DNA of 64,000 nucleotides, taken from IMG/VR virus record IMGVR_UViG_3300010373_000039, positions 33,456 to 97,455 of that record, one strand, 5' to 3'. The notes beneath the pieces are model-generated. The model ran no database searches. It worked only from the letters and a program-made list of their open reading frames with translations, and was not told the DNA's origin. The stretch is from a virus. The position numbers and the translations under genes were made by a program. Shown piece by piece: positions 18,561-26,747 of the stretch. The stretch's first letter is position 1, and every line of letters begins with the position of its first letter.

Positions 18561-18740
18561 TCAGTCTATCTTTGGTCGTCGTGCCATCGCGGCTTCGAAA
18601 AATTCGACAAGGTGCCCAACCTTCACCTGCTCCAACACCATGCTTAAGGGGTCGTTTTTATAGGGCTCCAACAAATCCTTTATCTTCTTATCGTCGTCGG
18701 TGTCAATCGCCTCGACCAATTGCTCGATAAACGTGGCCAT
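18561..18740 (-). CDS. Small hypothetical protein (59 aa, below ORF track cutoff)
   Basis: MATFIEQLVEAIDTDD..; RBS AGGAG; fills the gap between genes. Confidence 0.55.
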   Translation of the reverse strand: MATFIEQLVEAIDTDDDKKIKDLLEPYKNDPLSMVLEQVKVGHLVEFFEAAMARRPKID

Positions 18741-18748
18741 GTCCGCTC

Positions 18749-19273
18749 CTATTTGATCTCCGAGAAAATGTTCAATTCCGCGTCACGGGGCAGATACAAT
18801 GGATGACGGGGCATTCCCCCGGCCGTTTTTTGGCCCAAGCAATAGATGCGTCGGTAGTGGCCGTGCAGAATCTCCAACGTTCGTTCGATACGACGGACCT
18901 TTTTATCCGACCCGAACGACGCACCCCATGCGGCCACGATCCGGGCCGCGCCGATGTTTTGAATGTGGTCGTCGTTATCACGGCCTACCGGATCACCCAC
19001 GGTTGTCAATTGGGAAGGATCGGTGGCAATCCACGCGAACAGGTTTGCAACTACGATGCCGCCGTACCCCCATGTTTTGCCGAACCCGATGCATCGCCGG
19101 ATGGTGTTGTCGTTTTCGTCCTCGTCGGCGTTAGAGGGGTTAAGCATAATGAACCCAAGCAACGCCTCGTTGGGACGCCAAACCCGGTGAAGCAAATAAC
19201 GATACCGCCGGCATGGGGAAAACACCGCGCCGTTTTGGGTTGGGGGCGTGAAAAACTTCCGGGTTTGTATCAT
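18749..19273 (-). CDS. DUF1643 family protein
   Basis: FSPCRRYRY.L.RVW, FIMLNPS.AD, TIRRC, NLFA..ATDP, AAWG, PRHPLY. Confidence 0.92.
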   Translation of the reverse strand: MIQTRKFFTPPTQNGAVFSPCRRYRYLLHRVWRPNEALLGFIMLNPSNADEDENDNTIRRCIGFGKTWGYGGIVVANLFAWIATDPSQLTTVGDPVGRDNDDHIQNIGAARIVAAWGASFGSDKKVRRIERTLEILHGHYRRIYCLGQKTAGGMPRHPLYLPRDAELNIFSEIK

Positions 19274-19288
19274 CGCTAGATTCCTTTC

Positions 19289-19654
19289 CTAACTACAACC
19301 GTCCCAATCCTTTACGATTGGCATACCTTTGACCGTCAACCCAACCTCTTGTCGAAGGACGCGACACGATGAATTGCCTACCTCATAGTCACGGCAAACG
19401 GCGGGGCGCAATTCATAGTGCCTGCATTGACCGCTCGTCAAATCCAACCAAATGCAGGGATTTACGTTCCCGTCGTTGGCCACCATGAAATTGAAACGTG
19501 GTGAATTTTCGTCAAGCCAGTTGGCTAATTCTCGTTTTAATTCCTTGGATAACCGTTGCCAATCCGGATCGGCATCGCCCCCGAACGGCGGGGTGCGCAT
19601 ATGCATACAACATAACCCGCAGTTGTTGCACCAATTGTCATCCGATGCGCCCAT
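19289..19654 (-). CDS. YkgJ-family Cys cluster (zinc/iron-chelating) protein
   Basis: CNNCGLCC, CIWLD, CRHYELRP.VCRDY. Confidence 0.88.
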   Translation of the reverse strand: MGASDDNWCNNCGLCCMHMRTPPFGGDADPDWQRLSKELKRELANWLDENSPRFNFMVANDGNVNPCIWLDLTSGQCRHYELRPAVCRDYEVGNSSCRVLRQEVGLTVKGMPIVKDWDGCS

Positions 19655-19677
19655 TGTCCTACCTATATCCAAGACAA

Positions 19678-20259
19678 CTATTTGGATCGCCGGATCAATC
19701 GGGGACGGTTGCGGATGCGACGGATCGCCAGGCGCTGGGCATAGGCCGACGCCCGTTTAATCAATTTCCAACGCAAACAAAACAGGGACGACAAACCGAA
19801 TACGTACATGTTCTCGCGGGGGTGCATGATGATCGCGCGGGGTTTGGGGTTACCGGCCCACCGCAACCATCGCAAACCCCGTTCGGACGTGAACAACAAT
19901 TCCCCGATATGGTTCTGCTTCATTATCAACAACGGTTGGCGTCGGCCGTCGCACTCGTCCAACAATTTTTCCCACCATTGAAGGATTTCCGGCCGGTAGC
20001 CGAAGAAAAATTTGTGGGTTTTCAAATCCTTGTAGAATTTGCATTCCAGCACAAATAAATCGACGAGCGGTTGGCCAAGAGGGTGGGTGCAAACGATGTC
20101 GCCGGCGTGGGCGTCGTGTTTCGATCCCTGTTTGCGGGCCACGGTGTTTCGGCCGCCGGACATGGCCGAACGCCAAAAACAATCCTTGCGGGTCATGTCG
20201 GAAACCCACAGGGAAAGTCGTTTGCAGGTGGCTCGTTCGTATTCCGGCCCTTTGCCCAT
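19678..20259 (-). CDS. Holliday junction resolvase-like PD-(D/E)xK nuclease (T5 D14-like)
   Basis: KG..YER, LSLW, RSAMSGG, GDI, ECKFYK, P.LIMKQN. Confidence 0.8.
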   Translation of the reverse strand: MGKGPEYERATCKRLSLWVSDMTRKDCFWRSAMSGGRNTVARKQGSKHDAHAGDIVCTHPLGQPLVDLFVLECKFYKDLKTHKFFFGYRPEILQWWEKLLDECDGRRQPLLIMKQNHIGELLFTSERGLRWLRWAGNPKPRAIIMHPRENMYVFGLSSLFCLRWKLIKRASAYAQRLAIRRIRNRPRLIRRSK

Positions 20260-20263
20260 TCAA

Positions 20264-21352
20264 TCACCCGTATTTCCGTCGTGTCGGCAAAAACTTCTTT
20301 TCGATCTCGAACCAGGCCGTGTCCACCGTCGCATGGACCCGTGCCATTTCGGTATTGTACTCGTCCCGGTCCATTTTGGAAAGTTTCTTGATATACTTGC
20401 CGGCCGTTTTGTCATTCAACCCCAACCGGCCCAGCATCCCCACCTCGTCTAGCCACATCAACGATGCGTCCAAATCGTCGATGCCGAAGGCAAACCGGAT
20501 AGGAAAATCACATTCACGGTAGGCCAACCCCACCTTGTTCTTTTTGCATCGCACACGGGTTTTGACGCCGATCGGCCGTTCCACCTTGTCAATGGTTTTC
20601 TTGATTTGGCCCATGTTGGCCAACCAAATGATTTGCGATGCGTAGTAATCCAGCGCCCGGCCACCGGAACGGGTTTGGGTTTCCCCGAACGTGACGCCGA
20701 TTTTGTCGCGCAATTGGGAGACGATCAATAGCGTGACGTTCAACCGTTCCAACCGTTTGACGTTCCGGCGGAACAATTGGCCCATCAATTTGGGTTTCTT
20801 ACCACCGTAGCTGTTCGCGCCGAATTCCGAATTGTTTTCCGCGTCGTCGCCAAGGGCATCCAACGAATCCAAAATGTACAATCCGGCCTTAGCGGGTTTT
20901 CCCGCCTTGACCAATTTACGTTCACCATCCTTGGTCACCGACGTACACCGAACCCCCTCGACCCGATCGCAAAATTCCTCCAAATCGGCGTGCCATTCCT
21001 CCACCGTTAGGACCGAAACCTCCTCGTTGAAATCGACCCGATCGACCGGCAACCCCACCGTTTCCGCGTAGGGGATATCGAACGCCGCCTCGGCCTCGCG
21101 ATACCGGATTAACCCCTCCTTGGGGTCCGGGTATTTAATGGCGAAGTTGGCGCATGTTTCGATCATTACCAACGATTTGCCGGTGGATTTGTCCCCCACG
21201 ATATTACCGACCCGTCCTTCGGCCCATCCGCCGCCCAGGACGCGATCCAGCAACCGACAGCCGGTCGGAATACACCGGACTTGGCTTGGTGCCGTAAAAT
21301 ACAACCCTGCGCCGCCCCGTTTTAGCCGGGGGCGTTCCCGTTTTTTAGCCAT
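20264..21352 (-). CDS. recA: RecA-like recombinase
   Basis: IPTG..LDRVLGGG, GDKSTGKS, ILDSLDAL, SQLRDKIGVTFG, SGGRALDYYAS, KNKV. Confidence 0.95.
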   Translation of the reverse strand: MAKKRERPRLKRGGAGLYFTAPSQVRCIPTGCRLLDRVLGGGWAEGRVGNIVGDKSTGKSLVMIETCANFAIKYPDPKEGLIRYREAEAAFDIPYAETVGLPVDRVDFNEEVSVLTVEEWHADLEEFCDRVEGVRCTSVTKDGERKLVKAGKPAKAGLYILDSLDALGDDAENNSEFGANSYGGKKPKLMGQLFRRNVKRLERLNVTLLIVSQLRDKIGVTFGETQTRSGGRALDYYASQIIWLANMGQIKKTIDKVERPIGVKTRVRCKKNKVGLAYRECDFPIRFAFGIDDLDASLMWLDEVGMLGRLGLNDKTAGKYIKKLSKMDRDEYNTEMARVHATVDTAWFEIEKKFLPTRRKYG

Positions 21353-21383
21353 GGCCGATCCTAGTTAGATGTGGAAATAGAAT

Positions 21384-21412
21384 GGGTGGTGGCTTTGACG
21401 TGACCACCACCC
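21384..21412 (-). terminator. Hairpin after the SSB gene (possible terminator/processing site)
   Basis: GGGTGGTGG/CCACCACCC inverted repeat followed by ATTCTATTT on the minus strand. Confidence 0.5.
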
Positions 21413-21442
21413 AACAAAACCCAAAGGATTGCGCGTGTTCGG

Positions 21443-22588
21443 TTAATCCAGGTCGTCGTCCTCGTCGTCTAGGCTTTCTTTTTCCCGACGCGAGGATGGT
21501 TTGTGGGCAAGCCTTTTGCGTCTTTTGTGACGGCGGGAATCACGGGTTTCTTCCTCGTCTCCGCCTTGAAGCTCTTCGCCATCGTCATCTCCTTCTTCAT
21601 CATCGTCATCATCCCGTTTGGACGCCGCGCGGCGCTTTTTACCACGGGACCGGCGACCATCATCCCCATCCTCGTCCTCGTCGTCAACGTCCGAGTCATC
21701 GTCGAGATCCTCGTCGTCATCGTCCGCTTCGTCATCATCGCGGAAGGAACGGCGGCGGGACTTTCGGTCATCATCCTCGTCGTCATCATCCTCGTCATGC
21801 CGCCGGCGTTCGCGGTCGCGACGGGTGCGAGGACGATCATCATCCTCGTCGTCATCATCCTTGCGCTTTTTGTTGCCGATGCCCCCGACCAACGCCTTGG
21901 TGATGTGCTCGGCGTCGAAAAATTCGATGCAATCGGGGATCGGATGTTTGGTGATGAACCGAAGCCATTTTTGCATCCGATCATCGTTGCGGTGCAGCGG
22001 GGTTTCGCGCGATGCCGGCTTGATGCCCTTGATTTCCGTGAAATCCCCCTTCTTGACACACTTGAAAAGAACATCACGGCCCTTGTAGGGATCATCGTAG
22101 AACACGGTTTCGTTGGTTTCCTCGTCCTCCGCCTCGGCGGCGATGTCACGATCCACGATCCATGACGGGGTCCATAGCATCGGACCATCCTCTTCACGGT
22201 CGCGGTCGATGATCCACATCACCTTGCGGGTTTTGGCCTTGGCATCATCCGCCGCCTTGTTGTTGCGGTGTTTGATCAGCTCGTTGCGCTCCTCGCACAC
22301 CGGGCATTCCTCGTTCTTCATCTTGGCCAAACACGCATATTGGTTGTTGTCCGCGCCGACGCCGTAATGGACCTCGACCGGGTACGCGTAGTGTTCCGCG
22401 CCGTCCCATGTGGGGGGCATGATCCGGATGCGATATTTTTCCCCGGCCTGCGGACTAAACGTCGGGAATTGGGCCTTGATAAACCCGTCCCGCGTCCCGC
22501 CCTTTTGATTGGCCTGGGTCTTAATCGTCGAGGCATCCCGTTGCTTGTACTCAAACCGTTTGCGTTCCCCACGATCACGATTCTTCAT
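21443..22588 (-). CDS. Single-stranded DNA-binding protein (gp32-like) with long charge-block tail
   Basis: RIRIMPP, VHYGVG, C..CPVCE zinc site, GRD motif; between recA and the UvsY-like gene; about 140 aa D/E/R/K tail. Confidence 0.75.
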   Translation of the reverse strand: MKNRDRGERKRFEYKQRDASTIKTQANQKGGTRDGFIKAQFPTFSPQAGEKYRIRIMPPTWDGAEHYAYPVEVHYGVGADNNQYACLAKMKNEECPVCEERNELIKHRNNKAADDAKAKTRKVMWIIDRDREEDGPMLWTPSWIVDRDIAAEAEDEETNETVFYDDPYKGRDVLFKCVKKGDFTEIKGIKPASRETPLHRNDDRMQKWLRFITKHPIPDCIEFFDAEHITKALVGGIGNKKRKDDDDEDDDRPRTRRDRERRRHDEDDDDEDDDRKSRRRSFRDDDEADDDDEDLDDDSDVDDEDEDGDDGRRSRGKKRRAASKRDDDDDEEGDDDGEELQGGDEEETRDSRRHKRRKRLAHKPSSRREKESLDDEDDDLD

Positions 22589-22827
22589 TTGTTCTCCGTT
22601 TTAGAATTTCCTACATGATAAATGGTCATTTCCGCCGCCAGCGCCAACGCTTCTTGTATTTGCGGATCGTCTATTTTGTTTTTGTTCAACACAATACGGG
22701 AAGTAACCCATTGTTGGATCGTGGAAAACGCCGCCAAATCCCTACCCAACAACACGAAAATTGGTTCATCGTCCTTCGCCCGATTCAAACAACTGTTCGG
22801 ATCGGATAATTCCTTTGATTTCAGCAT
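22585..22827 (-). CDS. Conserved phage hypothetical protein
   Basis: CLNRAKDDEPIFVLLGRD motif common in phages. Confidence 0.7.
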   Translation of the reverse strand: MLKSKELSDPNSCLNRAKDDEPIFVLLGRDLAAFSTIQQWVTSRIVLNKNKIDDPQIQEALALAAEMTIYHVGNSKTENK

Positions 22828-23391
22828 CTACCACTTCCGTTGTTGTTTGGATCGTTGTTCGGCCATGGCGGTACGGTTACGTTCGGCCCGCATGTCCCGT
22901 TGGGCGAAATCGACGTGACCGGCGGAATTGGTTTGGAAATAGGCGGCGACGTGCAGGTTAGCCAATTCGCGGATCATAAAACCACGGTCCCGCCACACAT
23001 CACGCATCCCCTCCCATTCGGCCAATTCCCGTTCCGCGTTCACCAATTGCTGGAACCCCTCCCGGCGTTTGGGCGAAATTTGAACGATTGCATCCAAAAG
23101 CTTTTCGGTTATTTTCTCTCCCTTGGATTCAAATTCCGCCCGTGCCTCGAGGTACGCCATGGCCTCGGCCGTTTTCAGCGCGTCCTTACATTGATCGCGA
23201 ACCGACCGGGCATGGGCCAATCGGTCACACACCTCCCCGAAGGAATTGGGTTGTTCCATCAACTCCCGGTCCAAATCATGTTTATTGATTTGCAACCGGG
23301 CACGGATCGCACCCCGTTCCACGTCGTTGGTCACCGGTTCCACGGCGGGTGGGTTATCGCGTCGTCGTTTTAGTTTGGGACGTTTTTTCAT
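22828..23391 (-). CDS. UvsY-like recombination mediator
   Basis: LQINKHDLDREL..QP, helical, KITEK motif; adjacent to SSB and recA. Confidence 0.65.
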   Translation of the reverse strand: MKKRPKLKRRRDNPPAVEPVTNDVERGAIRARLQINKHDLDRELMEQPNSFGEVCDRLAHARSVRDQCKDALKTAEAMAYLEARAEFESKGEKITEKLLDAIVQISPKRREGFQQLVNAERELAEWEGMRDVWRDRGFMIRELANLHVAAYFQTNSAGHVDFAQRDMRAERNRTAMAEQRSKQQRKW

Positions 23392-23666
23392 ACGATAATC
23401 ACCTCACGCATCACCGACCGCACATACCCCGGCTTACTATCCACGTACCACCACAAATATTTGGTGTCATTCCATCGATCGACCGATGCCCACATTTTCC
23501 CGGCATACGCGCCGGTGGGCAACGATGCGTCATACCGTTTAAGCAGTTTCCAATCATCCGCCGACATTATTGCGTGGTGGTCATCGATCAAAATGTTTTC
23601 CGTCGATGGTTGTTCCCAGTACCGTCCCAATGGATCGGTGATCGGCGGAATGATGTTACCCGACAT
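23388..23666 (-). CDS. Hypothetical phage protein
   Basis: DPLGRYWEQP..Y..S.PTG.Y.GKMW motif. Confidence 0.65.
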   Translation of the reverse strand: MSGNIIPPITDPLGRYWEQPSTENILIDDHHAIMSADDWKLLKRYDASLPTGAYAGKMWASVDRWNDTKYLWWYVDSKPGYVRSVMREVIIV

Positions 23667-23688
23667 GGCCTAGTTATACCCAAGTCGA

Positions 23689-24048
23689 TCATTCCTTGAC
23701 GTTGGTGCGGTCGTACAATTCCGGGGACCATTGCGGCAATTGGTTCGATCCGGTCGCATCCTTGCCACGTGTAGTCAATTTAACCCACGTGGCCGGGGTC
23801 ATTTTGGCTTTGTCCTTGGGGAAAAATTCCCACACGTGCCCGTGTTCGTCCAACCCCACAATCAACCGCAATCCTCCGGACCGGGGATCGAATGATGGGT
23901 GGATGGATACCATGCGCGGAACCTGGCAATGACCCCGTTCGGCTATTTGCTTCTCACCATGACGCCGATACTTCTTCCATCGCTTGGTTTTCTCCTTGGC
24001 CGACATCCTGCGGTTGCGTTCAAATTGTTTCCGTTTTTCCTTACTCAT
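23689..24048 (-). CDS. Hypothetical basic protein
   Basis: RBS AAGGA, fits the operon. Confidence 0.5.
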   Translation of the reverse strand: MSKEKRKQFERNRRMSAKEKTKRWKKYRRHGEKQIAERGHCQVPRMVSIHPSFDPRSGGLRLIVGLDEHGHVWEFFPKDKAKMTPATWVKLTTRGKDATGSNQLPQWSPELYDRTNVKE

Positions 24049-24070
24049 TGGTTTGTCCTTTGTTCCCCGT

Positions 24071-25000
24071 TCATAGCAACAAATTTCCAAGGGAAATGAT
24101 GACCGGATACATCCCCGACACGTTGGGTGGATAGGGTTCGCGGAACGCATCTAACACCGCAACCGTCCGTTGCGCCGCACGATCCGATTTGGCCCCCATC
24201 GCCACCTTGCCGAAATAATCAATCACGGTGTAGCGAATCGATTCGGGCGAGACCACGCCATTTAGTTTTTTCACGATCTTCATGGCCCGGACCCAATCCA
24301 CCCCCTTGGCCAATGCCCGGCACAATTCAATCACCTCGCCCTCGGCCAACACCGACCGGATCAATTTCGCCGCCGTTTTGGTGGAGGTACAATCGCCGCA
24401 TTGGGCCAGGAACGCAATGGCCTGCCGTGGTGATCCCTCGGATTTTTCGGCAAGGAAGTAGGCCACGTCGTCATTAGTGGTGAATTTCTCGGCGGCGATG
24501 ATCCGCTTCAATAATTGGAATATTTCCTCGGCGTCCACCGGGGCCAATTGGTACTGCAAACACCGGGTCCGGATGTTTTTGGGAACCTTCATTGATTCGG
24601 TGGTACAAATGAACCAAAAACAATGTTCCGGCGGTTCCTCGGTGTCCTTCAACAACGATGCCCACGCGGCCGACGATAGTTTGTGCGCCTCGTCCAAAAT
24701 GTAAGCGCGGTTATCGGAATCACCAATGGTGTTGTACGCCATGGTTTTGGTGATTTCCCGCATGGCGTCAATACCGGTGTTCACGGCGGCATTGATCTCG
24801 ATTATGTCCTTCTTTGCGCATCCCAATTTTCGGGCCACGATCCGGGCCATGGTGGTTTTGCCAACGCCGGGCGGTCCCTCGAACAAAAACGTTTGGGCCG
24901 TGCGACGCTTCAACGCCGCCGTTATCGATTTGGCCACTTCGGTTTGGCCGATCAAATCCTTAAACATCTTCGGCCGGTACTTGTTAATCAATGCGTCCAT
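24071..25000 (-). CDS. dnaX: DNA polymerase III gamma/tau-like clamp loader ATPase
   Basis: KYRP, GPPGVGKTT, EINAA, ILDEAHKLS, LLK..EEPP, TRC arginine finger, GSPR. Confidence 0.93.
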   Translation of the reverse strand: MDALINKYRPKMFKDLIGQTEVAKSITAALKRRTAQTFLFEGPPGVGKTTMARIVARKLGCAKKDIIEINAAVNTGIDAMREITKTMAYNTIGDSDNRAYILDEAHKLSSAAWASLLKDTEEPPEHCFWFICTTESMKVPKNIRTRCLQYQLAPVDAEEIFQLLKRIIAAEKFTTNDDVAYFLAEKSEGSPRQAIAFLAQCGDCTSTKTAAKLIRSVLAEGEVIELCRALAKGVDWVRAMKIVKKLNGVVSPESIRYTVIDYFGKVAMGAKSDRAAQRTVAVLDAFREPYPPNVSGMYPVIISLGNLLL

Positions 25001-25002
25001 TT

Positions 25003-25674
25003 TTACCTTGGTTTAAGAACAGCGCCAAAATGGTCGGTCGCCTCGCCCGAATAACGATCAACCGTGGGTTGGCCGGCTTTGTCGAAAAACCACGCCGGTT
25101 CCCACTGTTGGTAAATAATACCCCAGGCATCGGTCCAATTTTTCGGTCGGTTTTCCAGGTCATCAAGCGCCCGACGACCGTAGACGCACAACGTTTTGGT
25201 CATTTTCCTTGAATCTTCCAAGAATTTGGCTAGAACATCGGGGTCCAAATGTTGCAAAACGTAGATGCACACAATGGCGTCGAACGAGCGGTAGTTTACC
25301 GATACCTTGGTGTATGAGGGTTCCAACACCCAACGAAATCGGTTTCGGGGATGGTTTAGTTGTTTCCAAAACAGTTTTTGGCCCCGCGCCAGCATTACCT
25401 CACTGTCGTGCGCCATGACCGCCCAATTGGGCGACATGTCCAACAACCCTACCGTGTTGCGCAACATCCCGGCCCCGAAATCCAAAATCTGCAATTGTCG
25501 GGACGTATCCAAACCGAACGATCGAAGTATATCGGTATCCGGTTTGAATTGGTCCAATTGGGTGATGTCCGAACAAATGCTTTTGGCCACCTCAAAATCG
25601 GTTCGGTGGTACGCGGCATTGCGCCGCCACTCGTCGGATAATCCATAGGGACCATCGTGGTTGCGGGCCATCAT
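25003..25674 (-). CDS. Class I SAM-dependent methyltransferase
   Basis: ILDFGAG..R, FDAIVCIYVLQHL. Confidence 0.8.
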   Translation of the reverse strand: MMARNHDGPYGLSDEWRRNAAYHRTDFEVAKSICSDITQLDQFKPDTDILRSFGLDTSRQLQILDFGAGMLRNTVGLLDMSPNWAVMAHDSEVMLARGQKLFWKQLNHPRNRFRWVLEPSYTKVSVNYRSFDAIVCIYVLQHLDPDVLAKFLEDSRKMTKTLCVYGRRALDDLENRPKNWTDAWGIIYQQWEPAWFFDKAGQPTVDRYSGEATDHFGAVLKPR

Positions 25675-26747
25675 TCCACCTCATAGTTTCCGAAAAACCC
25701 CTTTTGTATCCGTGATTGCCGACGGTGCTGGATTTTCATGTACTCCGGATTCAATTCGATGGAGATACACCGCCGCCCTAGTTTGGCGGCGACCATGGCG
25801 GTGGTTCCGGACCCCCCAAATGGATCAAGGACAATGTCCCCGGGTCGTGACGCCATTTTGATACACCGTTCCGGCAGCGACGGTGGGAACACCGCAAAAT
25901 GGGCATCCGAGCAGCTTATAGTTGGAATGTCCCAAACGGTTCGAAGGTTTCGTCCGTTGGGATTGGATGGGGTTTCGTGGTTATGGGCCACCGCGTATTG
26001 ACCATCCTTGCCCTTGGTAATGCGGGTGTATTTATCCCGTTCCAATGTCGTGGCGGCGACCGGCACACGCACCGCGTCCATGTCGAAATAGTATTTGGAT
26101 TTATATTTGGAAAACATGAACACGTGTTCGTGGTCCCGATTGGGACGATTGGGCGTGTTTTCCGGCATGGCGTTACGCTTGTACCAAATGCACTCGGAGC
26201 GAAGGGTCCAATTGTCCTCGCCGAACATCAAAATGGCGGTCATCCATGGAATGCCGACCAATTCCTTTTCATGGTAGCTATCCCCCAAATTCAAGAACAA
26301 TAGTCCATCGGGTTTCAGCACCCGGTATACTTCGGTCATTACCCTCCGAATATTGTGCATGTAGATGTACGCCGTAGGTTCACACCCCAATTCCCCCAGC
26401 CACGCCGAACACGTGTCCTTGAATTTGCAAAACCGTCCCCGGGACACCCCGCGTTGCCGTTGGGCCAACAGATTGGTGCGTCCCTTGCGTGCGCTGGTTT
26501 TTCCGGGCGTTTGTGCCGGGCCGTAGCGGATGATTTCCTCGCCCCATTCGTGCCTGCATGTGGGCGAACCGCCCCATATTTGCGGTTCGGTCCCATAGGA
26601 TCGCAATCCCCAATAGGGCGGCGATGTGACGGCCACTTGCACACATGATTCCGGCAACCCGCGCAATACGTCGATGCAGTGTCCGGTGATGTTGCAAATG
26701 CCACGCTCATCGAAACGGACCAATCGCCGCCGGTTAGTTGTAGGCAT
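25671..26747 (-). CDS. DNA N4-C/N6-A methyltransferase (beta class)
   Basis: VTSPPYWGLR, RVLKPDG..NLGD, HFAVFP, VLDPFGGSGTT. Confidence 0.93.
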   Translation of the reverse strand: MPTTNRRRLVRFDERGICNITGHCIDVLRGLPESCVQVAVTSPPYWGLRSYGTEPQIWGGSPTCRHEWGEEIIRYGPAQTPGKTSARKGRTNLLAQRQRGVSRGRFCKFKDTCSAWLGELGCEPTAYIYMHNIRRVMTEVYRVLKPDGLLFLNLGDSYHEKELVGIPWMTAILMFGEDNWTLRSECIWYKRNAMPENTPNRPNRDHEHVFMFSKYKSKYYFDMDAVRVPVAATTLERDKYTRITKGKDGQYAVAHNHETPSNPNGRNLRTVWDIPTISCSDAHFAVFPPSLPERCIKMASRPGDIVLDPFGGSGTTAMVAAKLGRRCISIELNPEYMKIQHRRQSRIQKGFFGNYEVE

